Of a stretch of 64,000 bases of DNA, positions 55,466 through 64,000 are shown piece after piece. How positions within the stretch are numbered: position 1 is the stretch's first letter; each line of letters opens with the position of its first letter. Both the position numbers and the translations under genes were made by a program. A model generated the notes under the pieces. It did not search any database and was not told the origin of the DNA. It saw nothing but the letters and a program-made list of their open reading frames with translations. The stretch comes from Paraspadella gotoi (lineage: Eukaryota; Animalia; Chaetognatha), in NCBI GenBank assembly GCA_051294375.1, contig CM119267.1, positions 14,067,694 through 14,131,693 of the forward strand, read 5' to 3'.

Positions 55466-55822
55466 TCGCCTAGCTGTAAATGAATGTTAAACGAAGTTTG
55501 TGTTAGGAAAGATCGAGAAAGAGAGAGAGAGAGAGAGAGAAAAAGATTCGAAATCTAAAACACGTTGTCGTTGATTGGAAAGTAACGAGAGGAGCGAATT
55601 AAAAGGGCGAAAAAAAGTAGGGGGTTTCGCTTAAATTGCTGGTTTTGAAGGTGGTAGCGTCGAGGTAGTGGTGATAGGGTGGAAAGGTAAAATCAAAGAG
55701 AAAGCAGCGTGGTGTCAAAGTCGACCAGGATGTCGAGGAATGCTCGGGGAGTGACGAGAGAGTGACGAGTGCCGTCATCGGAGCGGTGGGGGATTTCCCC
55801 AAGGTCGGGGAGCGAGCGAGCG

Positions 55823-55863
<41 letters not shown>

Positions 55864-58800
55864 CAAGAGGGCCACTTTTTAAAGAATCTTTCGAAAAAGC
55901 AACAAAATTCTCGAATGTTCTGACGGTGAAACTCGGAATAAAAAATCTGTTCAATATCCTCTCATTCTTACTATTTGTATCTTCCTTTTGCTGTCTCACT
56001 CTTTTTTTTCTTACTCTCACTTATATAACTTTTTATTTTCATTCTATCAGCCTCTAATATGAGCTTGATATTGTAAATCCAAATTTTTCCTCGAATTTTA
56101 TACTTTTTACGATTTTCGTATGAAAAATTAAAAAATCCAAGCTTTTGAAAGCCAACGCCCACAAGGGAAGGGGAAAAAACGTTCAATATTTTTTAATTCT
56201 AATTTTAAAAGAGCGAAAAAGAATTTTTTATTTAACCATCTCTGTATATTTTTCCCCGGAGTCAGTGAGTGAAAGAGTGAGAGAGACCAAGAGAGAAAGA
56301 GAGAGAGAGAGAAAAACACGAATTTTTTTTCTAATTTTCTAATTTTTTTTTCTTGTTTCTAATTTTCAGTTCGTTTTTGTTTTTCTCTTTCTCGACTGTA
56401 AAAATGAATTGAATTAAGAGAAGTAAAAACACTAACTGGAGTTTTGTGTTTTTTTAGATTCGGACGACCAGAAATTTTAAATGACCCAGAAATTTAGATT
56501 CAAAATTAAGACTATAAGCAAAATCCGGTTCGCTACTTTTCTTTTTCTTTTCAACGAAGTCTCTTCGGCTTCAATTCTGCTATTTCTACAACCCAAAAAA
56601 AGGTGAAATACGAATGAGGGCCACCGCTCAGTGTTTCACCCGTGTCTCTGAAAAAGTGAANNNNNNNNNNNNNNNNNNNNNNNNNNNNNNNNNNNNNNNN
56701 NNNNNNNNNNNNNNNNNNNNNNNNNNNNNNNNNNNNNNNNNNNNNNNNNNNNNNNNNNNNNNNNNNNNNNNNNNNNNNNACACACACAAACACAGAAACT
56801 GTCTGGACAACGGGGAAAACATGAACGTTACTGTCTGACTCTTCACTTCGTCACGCGATAATATTTTGTCCGTGAATTTTTATTAAAAAAATTTTTGCTC
56901 AGAGCTAATTTTTTATTCTTTAGCTATACAAATATCTCTGTCCCTCTGATCTCATGTTTTTGAAGGATATGGGAAAATTATTTCCCTTTAATACATTTTT
57001 CCTTGGGCGTGAAGAGAAAAATATCTTCACAAGTTNNNNNNNNNNNNNNNNNNNNNNNNNNNNNNNNNNNNNNNNNNNNNNNNNNNNNNNNNNNNNNNNN
57101 NNNNNNNNNNNNNNNNNNNNNNNNNNNNNNNNNNNNNNNNNNNNNNNNNNNNNNNNNNNNNNNNNNNNNNNNNNNNNNNNNNNNNNNNNNNNNNNNNNNN
57201 NNNNNNNNNNNNNNNNNNNNNNNNNNNNNNNNNNNNNNNNNNNNNNNNNNNNNNNNNNNNNNNNNNNNTATTAAACGTTTGATATCTGCCCGAAAGCAAA
57301 AATGAGCGATGGGGTATAATGATAAAATTCAATTTCTCGCGGCATTATTTATTTATAAGAAAAGAAAAAAACAGCATGTATTATGCAAAAACCAACATAG
57401 AATTATATTAATGAAGAGACGTAAAGACGTGCAAAGACAATAATGATAGAAGGGAGAAAAACTCGAATATTTTTTTTACTTACAGTGAAAAAGAGAAGTT
57501 ATTTTAGTCGTAAAATCAGTGTAAATTAAAAAAACCAAAAAAAAATAAAAAAGACGAAATCAGTGTGTGCGTAAATCGAGATGACTAATCTGAACGACTT
57601 GAAATAATAATTTTATACAGCACAAATATGTATCGACAAACGCATTCTTATCCTGAACTAAAGGAGGGGGTTCTTGATCTTACAAAAGATCAGTTCCATG
57701 ATTCCGTCACTCGCCTTAGAGAACAACAGCCTCATCCTGATGACTTTTCCTATTTTTTTTGTATAATCGACTAAGTTTGATACTAATTCCACTCGAGTTC
57801 ATAGCGCATTAGGTAGAATATAGTTCGTCACGGTCAACAAATCCATTTTCGACAATTTGTTTACATCGCCGTCGGTCGGATCCTCATTTTCTTTTATGTG
57901 GCAGTTTATAGTCGTCTAATACCAGCACAATCCAAAATATTATCCGCAATTGTTTTTATCTCAATTTTTTTAAAGAGATTAATTGTTTTTAAAATATTTT
58001 TTCCATTTTTTTTGTGACATAAAGTCTGCGTACTCGGCGATGCAGAGTCAGTCGAGTTCGAGATCTTTCTCGACGTCGAGTCAGGTAATCATTCATTTTT
58101 TTCTACTCATCATTTTATCTCACGGGTTTGACGTCAACTTAATATCTATTTGATAAAAAAATTCGTTTACAAAAATGTTTTTACGACATACTTCCGGAAT
58201 TTCGAAAGTGGAGCTTGCACGCAGATTTTCCACGAGTTAAACATTAATAAGTGATTTTTTTTTCAAAAACAGAGAATATCATCAACTAAGTAAATTGCGC
58301 AGTTCGCAGGCTTCACTATCTGTTAAAAAAAACTCTTAAGAGGGAACACGCTGTATTTTGTCGAGTCATCGATATAGAATCATTATTTTCGCTTCTGAAG
58401 TGACAAACGCACCAATTTTATTTTTGTTTGGTTGTTTTTTTTTTCCACACGATATGACGTGCCCCCCCCCCCAAAAAAAAACAACCATTGTAAACACTAC
58501 CGCTGTGGGTTTCGAAAAAACATCATTCGCCGCCTAAAAACCATCGACCTCCGTTAACATAGATCCCGATCATATTTCGTGTGGCAATTAATCTGTTTAC
58601 TTTGATAATAAAAAGAAGCGTGCCCAGCCCTAGTGGTCTTTATAAAATAGTTATTGGGCGTTCGAAAGCCGGGCGTCACAAAAAAAAAAAGAGGCTCGTT
58701 GTCAAAAAGGAAAGCCTTTCACTCAAGGGCGGTTGGCCTTCGTCGCCTACCCTTTCCAGCCGCCGGTCGCGTCGCCTGACGACAGCGGAGATCGAAAAGA

Positions 58801-59623
58801 AGGGACCCAGTTTTCCTTCGACCCTTTGACGAAAAATTTCAGGTTCTCCTCAGATGACCCGAAATTTTTAGCCCTGGGGGCCGAAAAGAGGGTTAGGGCC
58901 TTTTTTAATGTTTTTTTTTAATTTAATATGACTTTTTAGCAATTTGTATCTGTAGCTTCGTCTCAATTTAATTATATCCGCATTACTGTTTTTAATATTT
59001 ATCAATTACGAAAATGGCATCGGTATTTGTTTATTCTTTTGAGGTATCTGTAATATCTGCAATTAAGGCTTAATTTAAGGAGGGATAACTTTATCATTAT
59101 GACTAGAGACTAAAAAAATACATTTGCTCGACAGATTTTTTTTTTTTCAACTTTACAAGATCGAGTAATTTGGCGGAATGCAGGATTTTAAGCGCAGGCA
59201 ACTTACCTTAAAAACCGGTTTTGACAAGCTTTGAAAAATTGTTCAATTTCAAACTCTCTCGAGCCGGTTGAAAAGTTGAATAAACTGAAGAACGAAAGAA
59301 AGAAAGAAAGAAAAAAAAAGAATGAAAGAGATAAAACAAGAAGGAAAGAAGGAGAAAAGTAAAAAATTAAAAAAGAAAAGAAGTCGACGAAAAAAATTGA
59401 GAGACAAGAAAAAATAAAAAGAAAAAAACTAAATAAAATTAAAAATGAAAGAAACAGCATGGGCTTCTTTCAGTTTTTAGTTTTTTAACGACTTTTAGAC
59501 TATGCTGTTCTTTCGCCCATCTTCACGGCATCGCCCATCCTCCAACGATCCTTCTAATCTTCCTAAAACCCCACTTCCCCTTCCCCCCTCTTCCCCCCTT
59601 CCCCCCTTCCCCTTTCCCCTCAG

Positions 59624-59879
59624 CTCACAACAGAAGAGGCAGCGGCCCTCCCGGCATGTCGCTCCGCATGGCGGTGGCGGGCTGGGTCGGCACCGGCGGC
59701 GGCTCGGTGAGCAGCGCCGTCGCGAGGTGGCGGCCAACCCATCGGCCGTCATCGCCCAACGCGAGAAGGAGAAGCGCGATCTGCAGGAGCTCAACGACAG
59801 ATTCGCGTCGTACATCGAACGCGTTCGGTTCCTCGAGGCCGACAACAAGAGGTTGCAGTCCATCATCGATGTGCTCAAG
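59624..59879 (+). CDS. Intermediate filament exon (head and coil 1A)
   Basis: LNDRFASYIERVRFLE motif; the ATG at 59656 is in a different frame and needs a 1-bp correction near 59722. Confidence 0.9.
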
Positions 59880-60426
59880 GTGAGGTTCGGATCGACGCAA
59901 AAAGCGTTGCCTGGTGACCAGGCTGGTCCATTGGCATATTTTATAGTTATTATTGCTTGTTGCCGTTTCGCTATGATGTTAAATAACTTGGCTGCTTGTA
60001 ATCTATTAAAATGTCGATGTATGTCGTTGTATTGGTCGTTGTATTGATAATCTTCTTTAAAAGATTGTGTAATTTCTAAAAAAATTGTGGTTTCTTTTTC
60101 TTACATGTTCATCATGTTCATTGTTTATTGTTCATTTGTAAAATTTTGTTTACAATTTCATCAATAATAACTACTTGGCACACCGACCCTCCCTTTTTCA
60201 CTCTCCGATCACCATCCGAACCATCCTTCCAACCGCTCTTCAACCAACCCTCCCTCTTCTCCCTCCAACAGGTCAAGTTCGAAAAGTTGGAGGAGACGTT
60301 GAAGGAGATGTACGAGGCTGAGCTGGAGCAGGCGAGGAAGACCATCGACGAGACGACCAAGGCCAAGGCCGAGGTCGAGCTCAAGGTGCAGAGGCTCGAG
60401 GAAGAGCTCGCCGACTACAAGAGGAG
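59624..60426 (+). CDS. Cytoplasmic intermediate filament protein (invertebrate type), head to coil 1B; remainder of gene presumably lies beyond the window
   Basis: Exon 59624-59879 (ccctcag|...AAG|gtgagg): Gly/Ser-rich head then REKEKRDLQELNDRFASYIERVRFLEADNKRL (IF coil-1A consensus). Exon 60272-60426 (caacag|...AG|gtcagt): VKFEKLEETLKEMYEAELEQARKTIDETTKAKAEVELKVQRLEEELADYKR. Strong GC3 bias; no lamin SPTR CDK site. Confidence 0.93.
60272..60426 (+). CDS. Intermediate filament exon (linker 1 and coil 1B)
   Basis: MYEAELEQARKTIDE motif; phase-2 donor at a position equivalent to lamin/IF intron 1. Confidence 0.93.
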
Positions 60427-60625
60427 GTCAGTTGCTTCTTTTATATTTTTTACTGTTTCACTGTGGATTGCCGGTTGTGACTCGGAAAAGGTCGACTTTG
60501 AGGGATGAAGACCCGATGTTAGTTTGAACTGTCGATAACCCTCAAATTTAATTAAACGATTAAAAATACATTTTTTTAACTTTCGAGTCGACGACCTGTC
60601 ACCGTCGTCAAAATCGGGGTCCACT

Positions 60626-60656
<31 letters not shown>

Positions 60657-60804
60657 CAATCACCGTCGTCGTTGTCGTCCGCTATTCCGATCGATTGCCC
60701 CCGTACACGAACCCAGAGCCGGGAATTTTCTTTTTTTTCTCTGTCCCGCCTTGAGTAAATCGGTCACGGAATCGTTTTGGCCAAAATCAATCTGTCTATC
60801 TCTC

Positions 60805-60850
<46 letters not shown>

Positions 60851-63107
60851 TCTCTCTCTCTCTCTCTCTCTCTGATCAAACATATTTTTTCTAAAACGAG
60901 GGCGTAATCAGTCGGTCGGGTTTGAGGCCGTTTTTACCGAATGAAATTGTCAATTTACCCGATGAGGTCATTTTTGCATCGATAGGATGAGCATTGGGCA
61001 ATTTCAATTCATAGAGAAACTAGTAAATAGCGCCACCACCCTACTATTCTATTCCATACCCAAACCCCCCCCAGCCCATTCGAAAAGGGTGGCAGTGGCG
61101 AAGGCTCCATAACCTTTCGGTCTTCTCTGGGTCGATTTGGCAAATGGACGCTAATGACTTCTAAGTGTCGTCGACCTTGAATGCGATCGCCGACTCCCTC
61201 CTTCCTGCTCCTCCTCCTCCTCCTCCTCCTCCTCTTTCTTCCCCTAAATTCGCGAGGGTCCTGATCGGCGGCGAAAGCGTTTGTGATTGGATCACGTATA
61301 AATCACATAATCGAAGAGATGCCGCTTTATTTGAGACAATTTTTTCTCGCCGGTTCGAGCTGATTTATGTCCGGGTAGTTTTGGCGCAACCCGTTTTATT
61401 TTTTTCGTTTCTTTCTTTTTAAATTTATTAATCCCTTTGTAATTTCCAAGAGAGTTATCGGGATGGGGGGGAGCAGGTGTAGAAGGATATATCGGTCAAT
61501 TTTACTATTTCAAGAGTTTCATATATCGGCTGCGTTAGAAGATTTCTTTCCTGCTTACTGTTACTCGAGATTTCCCTCACTGGACTTCTTTAATTTCTTT
61601 TTCAAATCATCCCATTTTTTTTTTCAAAAATGGTCTGAGCTTTCCGTCCCCCTTTCAATCTTCGTGACCGTTTTCCTATTCATCCTACGAAGAGTCGTTA
61701 AAGAAGAATATATAGATCGTTTCCCTTTTTCAAAATTTATTTTAAGTCTATTTGATGTATTTTTACATGGCCATTTCATCCGACGTGATATTCTAAATGA
61801 CGTCGTCTGAAAGGACCCGCAGTCGTCGGCAGCGGTTTGGCTACAACAACGCCGGTTTAAATCGACACGAACTGACAACTGACAACAAGAATACTGACAA
61901 CAAAGATGCCGTCGCTGACAGTCAACGGCGGCTCGACCGTGCCGTAGAATTTTTTTTTCTTCAAAAAAGTCAATTTCCCGAGTTTGAAAAAAAAATTGTC
62001 CGACTTTGTTAAGGTTTTTCCATTTATGAGTCATCGCGAGTAAAAAAATGTTTTCTTTTTTTTTTCTTCTCAATTCAATTCTTTTTTTCTTTTTTTTTTT
62101 TTTTCTTTTCATTTTCTTCTACGATGCAGCTGCTTTGGTTCATCTTTTCGTAGCTTTAAAGATTCATGTGTGTAAACCGCCCAAAGCAAATACAAGCGAA
62201 TGTTTCCACTCCATATCTCACTCTTTATTTTCTCTTCTTCTTTTTTCTCTCTTCTTGCTTTTTTTTCTCTTTCTTTGCTTTTTTTTTCCTTAGATTTAAC
62301 GACTCAAATTTAAATCATCGGCTTTTTTTTTTCAATATTTTTTTTCTAAGGGATTCATTTTTTAATTCCATTTTTTGTTTGTTTTTTGGCTACGATTTTC
62401 TTTTTTTGTTAGATACGATAAGCTCGCTTTCGCATTTTCGATAAGCTTTAAATTCACTTATTCAAAAACTGCTCTTGACTGAAAAAAAAGTCGAGAATTT
62501 GTTAAATTTTGAGCTCTTGAAAGCGATTAAGATTATTATCTTAAATCGCTGCTTCATTCAATCCTTTTTTTGATTCATTCATATATTTCATATTCATTCA
62601 TTTCTTCAATTTTTTAATTCAATTTTTAATTTATTTTGACGCTAGCTATTCGCCATTCACCGCCCAGGTTTCTTTTTCAGAAGTTCTTTTTTTAGCTGCT
62701 ACTAAACCAGTCATCACACTATCTCACTGATCCAATCAAAAACCAAGCTTTGCAATGCCGCCTTCTGATTGGCTTGTCCATCGCGTCCCGCCATTGGTGG
62801 GGACGACAGACGAGACACGCGAATTCGGGCGTCGGTCACGAACGGAAACGGCGGCAGTCGGCGTTCGTGACTCTTCGTATTTCGTCTCTCATTTTTTTTT
62901 GTCCTCGCTTTATTTTCTTCTTATGTTCTTTTTTTTTTCTTTTTTAGCATTTTCTTCTTTTGTTGAATCCAAATCAATCTTTCCGCATTAAACATCATTC
63001 AGTTCTGACTGCACACAAACCTTAAAAACCGCCCCGCTGTTTCGATCCGGTTAGCAATTTAGCACTCACCTCGCTGCTTAAGTCGAAGAAGCAAGATATA
63101 TTTATAG

Positions 63108-63166
<59 letters not shown>

Positions 63167-64000
63167 TCGTTCGTCGTTTTGTCCTTAATTAACTCTCCAC
63201 AAATTTGCGTATTTCGGATCTCTGAACTTGTCGACCTTCCCCATTCGGGGCGGAATCCCAAGCATTTCGTTTACAACCAAAGTCGTTCCTTTTTTACAAC
63301 TCGTTGGTCAATTTTTGCTGTTAAATTAATGTATGAGCAGGTGTTTTTTTATTCTTTTTTGGGTTTTTTATAATTTTTTTTCTCATCATCGCATTTTTAA
63401 TCATTTCATCGTTAAATCATTGTTATTGTATAAAAATAGATTTGAGTGCCCTTATATTTTGCCATGTCACTAAATTAAAACCCTTTAATTTAGTTTAGTT
63501 TAAAACTTCGTCTCTGTAATTGCCTCTCTAAATCAAGTCTCAAAACGGATGTCTAATCCGTGCCCCGCGAATCTTGGGTTCAAGGCCTTGAATTTGAAAA
63601 CATAGTTTAAAAACGATAAAAAAATTTTGTGAACATATTTTAGAACTATGTCATGTTTATTTTTTTCAGTTTACTCTCATAATATATAAGTAACACTTTA
63701 GATACTACATACTAAATAAATTTAAAATATTCGTCAAAAGAAAAAACTAGTAAACGTTTTCCCGCCACTGAGATTTTTAAACTCTTAAAAAAAACTCTTA
63801 GTCGCTGTTTGTCGCCGGTTTTTTTTACGTTTTACTGCTGCGCACGAAGATCGTTTTTCTCGACGCCGCAGGAACGGCAGCGCAGTCTGCAGCAGAAACT
63901 GCCGCAGCGCCGTCGAAGCATCGCTTCTCGAGATGTTGGTTCGTTCCGAGCAGAGAGCGGGCCGATCGAAAGACCGCCGTGTTTGAGAAACCCAAGCGAA

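Noticed and set aside
59624-60426. Nuclear lamin
   Set aside because: No SPTR CDK1 site before coil 1A, and REKEKRDLQELNDRFASYIERVRFLE fits cytoplasmic IFs better; the tail is not visible for final proof
62522-62550. Short hairpin AGCGATTAAGAT-TATT-ATCTTAAATCGCT
   Set aside because: Isolated intronic palindrome with no Helitron CTRR end or other supporting structure
63872-64000. Next intermediate filament exon after cgcag acceptor
   Set aside because: The required phase gives a non-coiled-coil peptide ending in a stop

Overview
AT-rich, intron-containing invertebrate (metazoan) genomic DNA from a gapped, indel-prone assembly with many N-runs and (CT/AG)n microsatellites. Most ORF-track entries are low-complexity artefacts. 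Supported content: (1) a complete 7-exon ACC-synthase-like PLP enzyme gene (ACCS, 450 aa, minus strand, 13892-17775); (2) the 5' part of a cytoplasmic intermediate-filament gene (+ strand, from about 59624, continuing past the window); (3) a 3-kb non-autonomous DNA transposon with ~840-bp terminal inverted repeats, CAC...GTG ends and a TTAC target-site duplication (Chapaev-like, 9900-12890); (4) a ~7.36-kb near-identical tandem duplication (18890-33570); (5) a frameshifted Ty3/Gypsy LTR retroelement (42544-47335); (6) exons of an LDL-receptor class A repeat gene; plus SINE-like heads, minisatellites and candidate small secreted proteins. The most interesting signal is in (5): between integrase and the PPT/LTR it carries a third gene whose Cys-motif order matches chuvirus-like/herpes gB-type class III fusion glycoproteins, suggesting an env-bearing retroelement. 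All protein assignments are by-eye motif recognition; no database searches were run.
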